This document shows, in pieces, positions 21,189 to 29,881 of a stretch of DNA of 64,000 nt (position 1 is its first letter; the number at the start of each line of letters is the position of its first letter). A program made the translations under genes and the position numbers. The stretch is from Caulobacter sp. (GTDB lineage: Bacteria; Pseudomonadota; Alphaproteobacteria; Caulobacterales; Caulobacteraceae). The notes below the pieces were generated by a model, which had not been told where the DNA came from, did no database searches, and worked only from the letters and a program-made list of their open reading frames with translations. Location of the stretch: the NCBI GenBank assembly GCA_040383665.1, contig JBEIDC010000005.1, forward strand, positions 353 to 64,352. Direction: 5' to 3'.

Positions 21189-21219
21189 GGGCGGTTCCGG
21201 AAACGGAGCCGCCCTTTTT
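21189..21219 (+). terminator. groESL terminator
   Basis: gggcggttccg/cggagccgccc stem plus T5. Confidence 0.85.
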
Positions 21220-21227
21220 CGTTTCTT

Positions 21228-21753
21228 CCTCTCCCCGTGGGAGAGGTGGCCCGGCGGAGCCGGGTCGGAGAGGGATGTGCAATCGTAAAGATTGTATTGC
21301 GAACAAAATAGAACTAATGATTGTGCTCCATGCAGTCGCAACCCTCCACACTCAAGCGCGCCCGCCGATCCCGTCAGGCCATGACGAAGTCCGAGACCAT
21401 CCTTTGGCAGGCTCTACGGGCAGGGCGTCTGGGCGGTCGGAAGTTCCGGCGTCAGCATCCGGTCGGAACTTACGTCCTCGACTTCTACTGCGATGCCGCA
21501 AGGCTGGCCGTCGAGGTCGATGGAGGAGTTCACGAGTGGGAGGATCGCCAGCTGAGCGACGCTTTCCGGGACGCGTGGCTCGCACAGCGCGGCGTACGCA
21601 CGCTGCGGCTGCCGGCGCGTCTTGTGGTGGAGAATACTCCCAGAGCACTGGCGATGATTGTCGAGGCTCTCGACTGGCGAGCGCCTTCGGGTCCGCCGCG
21701 GTGACTCCCTCTCCGACCTGGCTCCGCCAGGCCACCTCTCCCACGGGGAGAGG
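21228..21753. mobile_element. Putative compact element: DUF559 endonuclease gene between 48-bp terminal inverted repeats
   Basis: 21228-21275 and 21706-21753 are reverse complements at 46/48 positions. Confidence 0.7.
21330..21704 (+). CDS. DUF559 / very-short-patch-repair-like endonuclease
   Basis: MTKSETILWQALR...KFRRQHPVGTYVLDFYC...VEVDGGVH...RDAWL...GVRTLR. Confidence 0.92.
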   Translation: MQSQPSTLKRARRSRQAMTKSETILWQALRAGRLGGRKFRRQHPVGTYVLDFYCDAARLAVEVDGGVHEWEDRQLSDAFRDAWLAQRGVRTLRLPARLVVENTPRALAMIVEALDWRAPSGPPR

Positions 21754-21762
21754 ATAAAGAGC

Positions 21763-22128
21763 CTACTCCCCCCGCTCTTCCCTCGGCCCGATGACCATCT
21801 GGCCCACCCAGTTGACGACGCCCAGCACCACCGCGCCCAGCACCGCGGGCCACAGGCCGTCGACGCTGAAGCCCTCCAGGACCCAGGCGGTCAGGCCGAA
21901 CATCGCGGCGTTCACCACCAGCAGGAACAGGCCCAGGGTCAGGAAGGTCACCGGTAGGGTCATCCAGAACACCACCGGCCGCACCACCGCGTTGACCACG
22001 CCCATGATCAGGGCGGCGATCAGCAGCGTCTCGCTGCTGGTGATGTTGACGCCATTGATGAACCCGTCGGCCAGCCACAGGCCGGCCATGCCGACCAGGG
22101 TGCGCAGGATCAGGCGGATGATCAGCAT
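21763..22128 (-). CDS. YvlD/DUF360 'phage holin family' membrane protein
   Basis: GVVNAVVRP...TLPVTFLTLGLFLLVVNA signature. Confidence 0.88.
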   Translation of the reverse strand: MLIIRLILRTLVGMAGLWLADGFINGVNITSSETLLIAALIMGVVNAVVRPVVFWMTLPVTFLTLGLFLLVVNAAMFGLTAWVLEGFSVDGLWPAVLGAVVLGVVNWVGQMVIGPREERGE

Positions 22129-22145
22129 GGGGCATGCTCCGGATT

Positions 22146-22289
22146 CCCTCCCCGTCATGGGAAGGGTGACCCCGCGAGGCAGGGGCGTGTGGGGAAATAT
22201 GACGCCACAGCCGGACGGCTGGTGTCCAGCCCATCCTTGCCCCACCCTGACCCGCCGCGCGGGTCTGGCCCTCCCCATGACGGGGAGGG
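22146..22289. repeat. Degenerate gene-less copy of the ccctccc...gggaggg IR element
   Basis: 21-bp IR ends ccctccccgtcatgggaaggg / ccctccccatgacggggaggg. Confidence 0.75.
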
Positions 22290-22294
22290 AGGGC

Positions 22295-23338
22295 CTACTC
22301 CGCCGGCAGCAGGGTCTCGCCGCGGCGGGCCATCAGGCGGTCGAACTCGCCCCAGACGCCCTCTTCACCGTGCCACTGACCCTTGGTCGCGGCCTTGGAA
22401 TACTCGGTGGCCCGCGCCTCGAAGAAGTTGGCGTGCTCGACGCCGCTCAGCATCGACTGCAGCCAGGGCAGGGGGTTTTCCTTGGCGCCGTAGACTTCCG
22501 GCAGCTTGAGCTGGCGCAGGCGCCAGTCGGCGATGAAGCGGATGTAGGCCTTGATGTCATCGGGGACCATGCCCTGCACCGGGCCCATCTCGAAGGCCAG
22601 GTCGATGAATTTGTCCTCCATGTCGACCACGGTCTTGCAGCAGTCGACGATGTCGTCGGCCACGGCCTTGGTGACCGCGCCGGTCTCCTTGTTGAAGGCG
22701 TGGTAGAGCTTGATGATGCCCTCGCAGTGCAGGCTCTCGTCCCGCACCGACCAGCTGACGATCTGGCCCATGCCCTTCATCTTGTTGAAGCGCGGGAAGT
22801 TCATCAGCATCGCGAAGCTGGCGAACAGCTGCAGCCCCTCGGCGAAGCCGCCGAACATCGCCAGGGTGCGGCAGACGTCAGCGTCGGTGTCGACGCCGAA
22901 CTTGCCCATGTAGTCGTGCTTGGCCCGCAGCGCGTCGTATTCCATGAAGGCGCCGAACTCGCTCTCGGGCATGCCGATGGTTTCGAGCAGCAGGGCGTAG
23001 GCGGCGATGTGGATGGTCTCCATGTTCGCGAACGACGCGAGCATCATCTTGACCTCGGTCGGTTTGAACACCCGACCGTAGCGCTCCATGTAGTTGTCCT
23101 GCACCTCGATGTCGGCCTGGGTGAAGAAGCGGAAGATCTGCGTCAGCAGATTGCGCTCGCTGTCGCTCAGGTTCGCCGCCCAGTCCTTGCAGTCCTCGCC
23201 CAGCGGCACCTCCTCGGGCATCCAGTGGACCTGCTGCTGCTTCTTCCACATGTCGAAGGCCCACGGGTAGCGGAACGGCTTGTAGGCCGCCGACGGGGTG
23301 AGCAGGCCGGGCAGGGTGATCAGCTTGGACGGGGCCAT
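22295..23338 (-). CDS. nrdB: Ribonucleotide reductase class I beta subunit
   Basis: FFTQAD, METIHIAAY, AEG, RDESLH, NFFE; di-metal ligands and radical Tyr present. Confidence 0.96.
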   Translation of the reverse strand: MAPSKLITLPGLLTPSAAYKPFRYPWAFDMWKKQQQVHWMPEEVPLGEDCKDWAANLSDSERNLLTQIFRFFTQADIEVQDNYMERYGRVFKPTEVKMMLASFANMETIHIAAYALLLETIGMPESEFGAFMEYDALRAKHDYMGKFGVDTDADVCRTLAMFGGFAEGLQLFASFAMLMNFPRFNKMKGMGQIVSWSVRDESLHCEGIIKLYHAFNKETGAVTKAVADDIVDCCKTVVDMEDKFIDLAFEMGPVQGMVPDDIKAYIRFIADWRLRQLKLPEVYGAKENPLPWLQSMLSGVEHANFFEARATEYSKAATKGQWHGEEGVWGEFDRLMARRGETLLPAE

Positions 23339-23425
23339 GGCGGTGGCGAACTCCGGTCAGTCGGCGGGGGAGAATCGAAACGCGTGGAACAGGCTGACAA
23401 CCTAACGGTGGCGCACCGGGGTTGG

Positions 23426-23473
23426 CTACTACATCTGGTGTTATGGAAAGTCGCAATTCACAACATAGAGTTA
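23426..23473. promoter_or_regulatory. Tandem NrdR boxes upstream of nrdB
   Basis: ctactacatctggtgt and tcacaacatagagtta, 32 bp apart. Confidence 0.7.
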
Positions 23474-23623
23474 CCGCCTGTGGAAAACAGGCCCGTGTCG
23501 CAGGATTCAGCACCTCCCCGGTGTTGGCCCCGCTCACGGCTTCACCGAATTGACGCGGTTCTGAGCCGCCGTTCGCACGAGCCGAACGCGGCGCCCGGGC
23601 CTGGACCGGGCGGCCGGAGGCGC

Positions 23624-23738
23624 AAGAGCCTGATGGTTTCCGGTGGAACCATCTGAAGCCAGAATCAGGCTCCAGACTTCTGAGTCCAGAGCAGGATTCA
23701 ACGGTTGGATGGTTCCGTCTGACCGCATGGTGCTCTAG
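23624..23738. repeat. CIR-like (Caulobacter intergenic repeat) element with three GANTC sites
   Basis: 115 bp; agagc..ggaaccatc / gatggttcc..gctctag inverted ends; GANTC at 23662, 23682, 23695. Confidence 0.7.
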
Positions 23739-23775
23739 GCAGGAGCCTCACGCCGCACAGACGCCCGGACCTTCC

Positions 23776-24267
23776 ATGGCCGAGATCACCCGGTTCTCCT
23801 TCCTGTACGACCCGGCCGAGGACCGAATCGCTCTCGACGCGGAGGACGCCGACGGCGCTGCCACCCGGCTGTGGCTGACCCAGCGGCTGTGCCGGGGCCT
23901 GGTCGCCGCCCTCGTTCCCATGCTGACCCCGCCGGCCTCGGCGCTGGAGGATCCCGGCCGCCAGTCCTGGGAACAGGCCGCCGCCGTCGAGGCCATGGGC
24001 TCGACCCCGCCGGTCCGCCCCGGCCCCGACGCCACGGTCGGGCTGGTGCACGAGGTCACCCTCGCCCCGGCCGGCGACCGCCTGGCCCTGACCCTGCGCT
24101 TTTCCGCCGGCCAGTCCCGCGAGCTCTCCATCGCCACCGTCGCCCTGCGCCAGACCCTGGCCGAGCTCCACCGCCTGCACGTCATCGCCGCCTGGCCCCA
24201 GGACCTCTGGCCCGCCTGGATCGCAGACCCGGCCGGCGGCGCGGCCGCGGTGGGGGCGGTGAACTAG
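23776..24267 (+). CDS. Conserved hypothetical protein
   Basis: YDPAEDRIAL...LWLTQRL motif; normal codon usage. Confidence 0.75.
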   Translation: MAEITRFSFLYDPAEDRIALDAEDADGAATRLWLTQRLCRGLVAALVPMLTPPASALEDPGRQSWEQAAAVEAMGSTPPVRPGPDATVGLVHEVTLAPAGDRLALTLRFSAGQSRELSIATVALRQTLAELHRLHVIAAWPQDLWPAWIADPAGGAAAVGAVN

Positions 24268-24332
24268 GGGGCGAGACTCGCCCGACCAAGCCGCCCAATG
24301 CTACCACCGCCCCCATCGCAGGGAGATCATCC

Positions 24333-24854
24333 ATGGCTCAATTCGTGCTCAGCGTCGCGGGCAGCGACCGGCCGGGCCTGACCCGGGCGCTGGCGGCGGC
24401 GGTGCTGTCGGCGGGCGGCAACTGGCTGGAGAGTCACCTCAGCAGGCTGGGCGGCCTCTATGTCGGCTCGGTGCTGGTCGAGCTGCCCGCCGAGGGCGTC
24501 GAGACCCTGCGCGCGGCGGTGGCGGCGGTCGACGCGGCGGGGCTGGAGGTGCGGTTGGCGCCGGCCGCGGCCGGGGCGGACGAGGCTGCGGGCGAGGCGC
24601 TGGCCCTGTCGCTGGTCGGTCAGGACCGGCCGGGCATCGTCAGCCAGGTGACCGCCGCCCTCAGCGACCTGGGCGCCAATATCGAGAGTTTCGAGACCCG
24701 AGTCAGCGCCGAGCCCTATTCCGGCGCGCCGCTGTTCCACCTGGACGCCCGCCTGCGCCTGCCGCCGGGGATGGCGGACGACGCGGCCCAGGCCGCGCTG
24801 GAGGCGATCTCCGGCGAGATCATGGTGGACATCACCCTGGCCCCGGCGGGGTAG
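24333..24854 (+). CDS. Double ACT-domain protein (GcvR-like)
   Basis: GSDRPGL and GQDRPGIV ACT motifs; RBS gggag. Confidence 0.88.
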   Translation: MAQFVLSVAGSDRPGLTRALAAAVLSAGGNWLESHLSRLGGLYVGSVLVELPAEGVETLRAAVAAVDAAGLEVRLAPAAAGADEAAGEALALSLVGQDRPGIVSQVTAALSDLGANIESFETRVSAEPYSGAPLFHLDARLRLPPGMADDAAQAALEAISGEIMVDITLAPAG

Positions 24855-24859
24855 GGATT

Positions 24860-24936
24860 GGGGACATGCACTTCAGTGCGTGTCCCCCGCCGCTTCAAGC
24901 CGATCGGGACACGCACCGAAGACGGTGCATGTCCCC
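24860..24936. repeat. GGGACA...TGTCCC palindrome doublet
   Basis: ggggacatgcacttcagtgcgtgtcccc and gggacacgcaccgaagacggtgcatgtcccc; near-identical copy at 43893. Confidence 0.8.
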
Positions 24937-24944
24937 GGCATTGC

Positions 24945-25253
24945 CTAGTACTTGCGATCAGCCTCTTTCTCGATCGCGTCGGCCTTCTTCTCGCCGGCGC
25001 CCTCGACGGCGTCTGCCTTGCGCTCCAGCGCGTCGCCCGTGGCGTCAGCGGCTTCCTTGCCGGCGGCGGCTGTCCCGGCGGCGGCGTCCCGAGTGGCGTC
25101 GGCCTGGTTCTCCAGCGCGTCGGCGCGGGCGTCGGAGGATTGCTCGACCGCGTCGGCCTGCTTGTTGGCGGCATCCTCGGCCGGACCGCTGCAGGCGGCC
25201 AGGGCCAGGGCGCCGGCGGCGACCGTCAGAATGGAGATGATGGGGCTGCGCAT
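24945..25253 (-). CDS. Small Ala-rich lipoprotein with helical repeats
   Basis: Lipobox LAAC; ADAVE/ADALE/ADAIE repeats. Confidence 0.8.
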   Translation of the reverse strand: MRSPIISILTVAAGALALAACSGPAEDAANKQADAVEQSSDARADALENQADATRDAAAGTAAAGKEAADATGDALERKADAVEGAGEKKADAIEKEADRKY

Positions 25254-25284
25254 AGGGGCGTCCTCTCGCTTGTGTGAAGAGCAG

Positions 25285-25309
25285 AACCGCCGAGGACGCC
25301 TCCCGTTCC
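25285..25309 (-). promoter_or_regulatory. Putative SigT/EcfG general-stress promoter
   Basis: Minus strand GGAAC-N17-GTT, one mismatch to GGAAC-N16-CGTT. Confidence 0.4.
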
Positions 25310-25413
25310 CGCTGATCTGGCGCTTTCTCACCTTGTTCCGGCGGGACTGGCGGAAGCAGCCGGCGTTCTCACCGGCGTTGGCGGCGCGCCCCTGCGCGGT
25401 GATAACGGGTCCC

Positions 25414-26130
25414 ATGCCGCGTCTTGTCCTCGCCTTGATCCTGGTCCTCTCCCTGCCCGCCCCGGCGGTGGCGGCGGGGCCCGTGTCTGTTCCCGACGCC
25501 CCGGCCGTCAGCGCCCGGGCGCGGGACGCCGTCCGTCCGGTGCGGGAGGCCATCGCGGCCGAGGAAGCGGCGCTGAAGGCCCTGCCGCCCCCCGTGTCCG
25601 ACGCGGATCGCCTGGTGCGGCTGGGCCGGCTGGACCAGGCGGCGCGAGCGGCGCTTTACGACCTCGACCTGTCGCGCCTGGACGGGGCCGGGCGCGGCGC
25701 GGCCCTGGGCCTGGCCTGGGGGTGGGTCGAGGTGGTCGACCGGCGCAACCAGGCCGCGCTGCGGGCCCTGCTGCCCCGCGACGGCGCCTGGTTCAAGCGG
25801 TCGTCGGTGGGCGCCGAGGCGGCTGAGGCCGCCTGGCTGGTGGTCATCCACGCCGTCGGCGACCGACGCCTGATGCGCGAGGCCCTGCGGCGGATGAGCC
25901 CGTTGGTCGGGACCGGCGAGATCGAGGCGGGCTGGTACGCGGGGCTGTACGACCGTCTGGCCGTGCTCGAGGGCCGGCCCCAGCGCTACGGCACCCAGCC
26001 GGTGTGCCGGCGCGGCCAGTGGACGGCCGGCGAGGTCGAGGACCCGGACGGCCTGGCGGCGCGCCGCGCCGCGCTGGGGCTCGAGGCGCCGGACGCGCGG
26101 GACTGGAGACCGCCGCCGGGCTGCGGGTGA
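25414..26130 (+). CDS. DUF6624-like secreted protein
   Basis: AAWLVVIHA, LYDRLAVLEGRPQRYGTQ, VEDPDGLAARRAALGL. Confidence 0.8.
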   Translation: MPRLVLALILVLSLPAPAVAAGPVSVPDAPAVSARARDAVRPVREAIAAEEAALKALPPPVSDADRLVRLGRLDQAARAALYDLDLSRLDGAGRGAALGLAWGWVEVVDRRNQAALRALLPRDGAWFKRSSVGAEAAEAAWLVVIHAVGDRRLMREALRRMSPLVGTGEIEAGWYAGLYDRLAVLEGRPQRYGTQPVCRRGQWTAGEVEDPDGLAARRAALGLEAPDARDWRPPPGCG

Positions 26131-26144
26131 GGCTGTGCGGCCGT

Positions 26145-26259
26145 GCGTCCTTCGCGACGCTCGCCCAAGGCTCGCTCCTCAGGATGACGAAGGGAAGGGG
26201 AACGCACAGACTTCGTCATCCTGAGGAGCGGACCCTCAGGTCCGCGTCGCGAAGGACGC
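26145..26259. repeat. CGTC-tagged REP doublet, family B
   Basis: gcgtccttcg...ctcaggatgacgaag and cttcgtcatcctgagg...cgaaggacgc; homolog at 43744. Confidence 0.85.
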
Positions 26260-26316
26260 AACGAAAAAGGGCCCGGCGATCACTCGCCGAGCCCCTGTTT
26301 CACGCGCCGTTGCCGC

Positions 26317-28215
26317 CTACTGGCAGGCGAGGCATTCCTCGTAGTCGGTGCGGGCGCTGCCGGCCATGTCGACCGCCTCGACGGTCTCGGCGCCGGCGTG
26401 GCTGGCGCGCTGAACCGACTTGGAGCGCAGGTAGTAGAGGCTCTTCATGCCCCGCTCCCAGGCCTGCCAGTGCAGCATGTGCAGGTCCCATTTATCCACA
26501 TCGCCGGGGATGAACAGGTTGACCGACTGGCTCTGGCAGATGTCGGGCGTGCGGTCGGCGGCCAGTTCGACGATCCAGCGCTGGTCCAGTTCGAAGGCGG
26601 TCTTGTAGACGTCCTTCTCGTCCTGGGTCAGGCAGTCCAGGTGCTGGACCGAGCCTTCGTTGGCCAGGATGGTGTCCCAGACCGCGGCGGTGTTCTGGCC
26701 TTTGGTCTCGAGCAGCCGCTCCAGATAGGGGTTCTTGACCGCGAAGGTGCCCGACAGGGTCTTGTGGCTGTAGATGTTGGCCGGGATCGGCTCGATGCCC
26801 GCCGAGGTGCCGCCGCAGATGATACTGATGCTGGCGGTCGGGGCGATGGCCAGTTTGTGGGAGAAGCGCTCCATCACGCCGCGCTCGGCGGCGTCGGGGC
26901 AGGCGCCCTTTTCCTCGGCCAGCTTGACCGACGCCTTGTCGGCCTCGCGGCGCAGATGCTTGAAAAGCCGCATGTTCCAGGACTTGGCCAGGGCGCTCTC
27001 GAAGGGCACGTTCTGGGCCTGCAGGAAGCTGTGGAAGCCCATCAGGCCCAGGCCCACCGAGCGTTCCCGCTGCGCCGCGTAGACGGCGGCCTTGGCGTCG
27101 ACCGGGGCGCGCTGGATGAAGTCCTCCAGCACGTTGTCGAGGAAGCGCATGACGTCCTCGATGAAGCGCGGTTCGTCACGCCATTCCAGGAAGGTCTCGG
27201 CGTTGACGCTCGACAGGCAGCAGACGGCGGTGCGCTCGACGCCCAGGTGGTCCTTGCCGGTGTGCAGCATGATCTCGCTGCACAGGTTGGACTGACGGAC
27301 CTTGAAGCCCAGCTCGCGCTGGTGCTTCGGCAGGGCCTTGTTCACGTGGTCGGAGAAGATCAGGTAGGGCTCGCCGGTCTGAAGGCGCAGCTCCAGAACC
27401 TTCTGCCACAGGGTGCGGGCGTCGACCTCGCGCAGGACTTCGCCGGTCTTGGGCGAGCGCAGGCCGAACTTGCCGCCGTCGCGGACGGCATGCATGAACT
27501 CGTCGCTGATCGAGATCCCGTGGTGCAGGTTGAGGGACTTGCGGTTGAAGTCGCCCGACGGCTTGCGGATCTCGAGGAACTCCTCGATCTCGGGGTGGTG
27601 GATGTCCAGGTACACCGCCGCCGAACCGCGGCGCAGGCTGCCCTGGCTGATGGCCAGCGTCAGCGAATCCATGACGCGGATGAAGGGGATGATGCCGCTG
27701 GTCTGGCCGGCGCCCTTGACCTTCTCGCCGATGGAGCGGACGCCGCCCCAGTAGGTGCCGATGCCGCCGCCGTTGGCGGCCAGCCAGACGTTCTCGTTCC
27801 AGGCGCCGACGATGCCGTCCAGGCTGTCGCCGACCGCGTTCAGGAAGCAGCTGATCGGCAGGCCGCGCTCGGCGCCGCCGTTGGACAGGACCGGCGTAGC
27901 CGGCATGAACCACAGGCGGCTCAGGTAGTCATAGACGCGTTGGGCGTGCTCTGCGTCGTCGGCATAGGCCGTGGCGACGCGCGCGAACATGTCCTGGTAC
28001 GACTCGCCGGGCAGCAGATAGCGGTCTTCAAGCGTGGTCTTGCCGAAGTCCGTCAGCAGGGCGTCGCGCGAGCGGTCGACCTCGACCTTGCGCACAAGCG
28101 AAAGCTGAGGACGGCCAGCTTCCCAGGCGCTGTCTCCCGCGGCTTCGCCGAGAGGAATCTGTCGCGCCACTTCACCCATCATGTCCCAAAACCCGTGACC
28201 AATCAGGGAGTTCAA
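26317..28215 (-). CDS. nrdA: Ribonucleotide reductase class I alpha subunit, no ATP cone (start possibly 28179-28182)
   Basis: ATPVLSN, PISCF, SNLCSE, APTAS, YYLRS, C-terminal CLAC. Confidence 0.96.
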   Translation of the reverse strand: MNSLIGHGFWDMMGEVARQIPLGEAAGDSAWEAGRPQLSLVRKVEVDRSRDALLTDFGKTTLEDRYLLPGESYQDMFARVATAYADDAEHAQRVYDYLSRLWFMPATPVLSNGGAERGLPISCFLNAVGDSLDGIVGAWNENVWLAANGGGIGTYWGGVRSIGEKVKGAGQTSGIIPFIRVMDSLTLAISQGSLRRGSAAVYLDIHHPEIEEFLEIRKPSGDFNRKSLNLHHGISISDEFMHAVRDGGKFGLRSPKTGEVLREVDARTLWQKVLELRLQTGEPYLIFSDHVNKALPKHQRELGFKVRQSNLCSEIMLHTGKDHLGVERTAVCCLSSVNAETFLEWRDEPRFIEDVMRFLDNVLEDFIQRAPVDAKAAVYAAQRERSVGLGLMGFHSFLQAQNVPFESALAKSWNMRLFKHLRREADKASVKLAEEKGACPDAAERGVMERFSHKLAIAPTASISIICGGTSAGIEPIPANIYSHKTLSGTFAVKNPYLERLLETKGQNTAAVWDTILANEGSVQHLDCLTQDEKDVYKTAFELDQRWIVELAADRTPDICQSQSVNLFIPGDVDKWDLHMLHWQAWERGMKSLYYLRSKSVQRASHAGAETVEAVDMAGSARTDYEECLACQ

Positions 28216-28238
28216 AGACGAGAAACCCGTCCCCGACC

Positions 28239-28284
28239 CCCTACATGTTGTGGGCAGTATGCCCCCTCAACCCACTATATGGGG
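28239..28284. promoter_or_regulatory. Tandem NrdR boxes upstream of nrdA
   Basis: ccctacatgttgtg and cccactatatgggg, 32 bp apart. Confidence 0.7.
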
Positions 28285-28340
28285 CCACGACCCCTAATGA
28301 CTCGTCAACGCCAAGATCGTCCGCAAGGCGACTTTTTTCG

Positions 28341-28356
28341 TTAGCAAAAGGTTAAC
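28341..28356. promoter_or_regulatory. Putative CtrA box
   Basis: TTAG-N7-TTAAC, one mismatch to TTAA-N7-TTAA. Confidence 0.45.
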
Positions 28357-28526
28357 GCCGACCAGCATACCAACCATTGCAAGGGGTTAGGACAAGCGCC
28401 GCGACGCGTGGTCGCGGGACTGTGATCAGGACTCCCGTGTCGAGCGAACGGAGGTCCTTCGCAGCCCGGCTGGACGCGCGCCTGGGCCCTCGTCGGCGGC
28501 GGTCGGTTCATGGCATGATCCGCCGC

Positions 28527-29840
28527 ATGACCCTCGACCAGATCTATGCGAGCAAGCGTCTGTCGCCGGATGAGGCGGCCGACCAGCTGGAATCCGGCCA
28601 GCGCCTGGCCATGGGCATGGCGCTGGCGGAGCCGCCCGCCATCCTTTCGGCCATCGCCGCCCGCGCCGAGGCCCAGGAGCTCGACGAAGTCCGCCTCTAT
28701 TACTTCCATTCGACGCCGCACGCGGCGATGTCGGTGCTCCGCTACGAGCTGATGGACCGCATCCGGCCGCATTGCTTCTTTCTGGGCCCCGTCGAGCGCG
28801 CGCTGCTGGCCCGGGGCGAGGCGGATGGGCGTCGGACCATCGCCTTCATGCCCGGCGCCTTCAGCCAGGCGCCGCGGCTGATGAGCGAGCCGGCGCCGAT
28901 GGACGCCTTCGTCACCGCCGTCTCGCCGATGGACCGCCACGGCTTCTTCAGCCTCGGCGCCAGCAACGACTACGGCTCGGCGCTGGTGAACTCCGCCCGC
29001 CGGGTCATTGTCGAGGTCAACAAGCACATCCCGCGCGTCCGCGGCGGCATGATTCATGTGAGCCAGGTCGACGGCATCGTCGAGAACGACCAGCCGCTGT
29101 TCGAGAATCCTTCCCGCGATCGCTGCGCCCAGGATGACGCCATCGGCCGCATCATCGCCGGTCTGGTGGACGACGGAGCCTGCCTGCAGATGGGCATCGG
29201 CGCGCTGCCCGACGCGGTCTGTTCGGCCCTCGGCCAGCATCGCGACCTGGGCGTCCATACCGAGCTCCTGTCGCCCGGCCTGGTCGATCTGATGCGCAAG
29301 GGCGTGGTCACCAACCGGCGCAAGGCCACCGACCCCGGCCTGTCGATCTTCACCTTCGCGCTGGGCGACAAGGCGCTCTATGACTTCATCGACGACAACC
29401 CCGCCGTCGAGAGCCGACCGGTCGACTACGTCAACGATCCGGCGGTGATCGCCCGCAACGACAGGGTCGTCTCCGTCAACGCCACCCTGCAGATCGACCT
29501 GTCGGGCGCCTGCAACTCCGAACACCTGGCGGGGCGACAGTTCAGCGCCGCCGGCGGCCAGCTCGACTTCGTCCGCGGCGCCTACGCCTCGAAGGGCGGC
29601 AAGTCGATCATCGCCTGCCATTCGACCGCGAAGGACGGGACGGTCTCGCGCATTACAACCCGGCTCGACGGGCCGGTGACCACCCCGCGCAACGACACCC
29701 ACATCGTGGTCACCGAATACGGCCATGTCGACCTCAAGGGCCTGTCGTCCTTCGAGCGGGCCAAGGCGCTGATCGGCCTGGCCCATCCCAAGTTCCGGGC
29801 CGAGCTGACGGCGGCGGCGAAGGCGGACGGCAGCCTCTGA
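28527..29840 (+). CDS. Acetyl-CoA hydrolase/CoA-transferase (4-hydroxybutyrate CoA-transferase-like)
   Basis: LQMGIGALP, GVHTE, GGQLDFVRGA, VVTEYG. Confidence 0.92.
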   Translation: MTLDQIYASKRLSPDEAADQLESGQRLAMGMALAEPPAILSAIAARAEAQELDEVRLYYFHSTPHAAMSVLRYELMDRIRPHCFFLGPVERALLARGEADGRRTIAFMPGAFSQAPRLMSEPAPMDAFVTAVSPMDRHGFFSLGASNDYGSALVNSARRVIVEVNKHIPRVRGGMIHVSQVDGIVENDQPLFENPSRDRCAQDDAIGRIIAGLVDDGACLQMGIGALPDAVCSALGQHRDLGVHTELLSPGLVDLMRKGVVTNRRKATDPGLSIFTFALGDKALYDFIDDNPAVESRPVDYVNDPAVIARNDRVVSVNATLQIDLSGACNSEHLAGRQFSAAGGQLDFVRGAYASKGGKSIIACHSTAKDGTVSRITTRLDGPVTTPRNDTHIVVTEYGHVDLKGLSSFERAKALIGLAHPKFRAELTAAAKADGSL

Positions 29841-29881
29841 GGCTTGCGTCGGCGTCGGCGCGGGCGTATTTCGCGGTCGTC

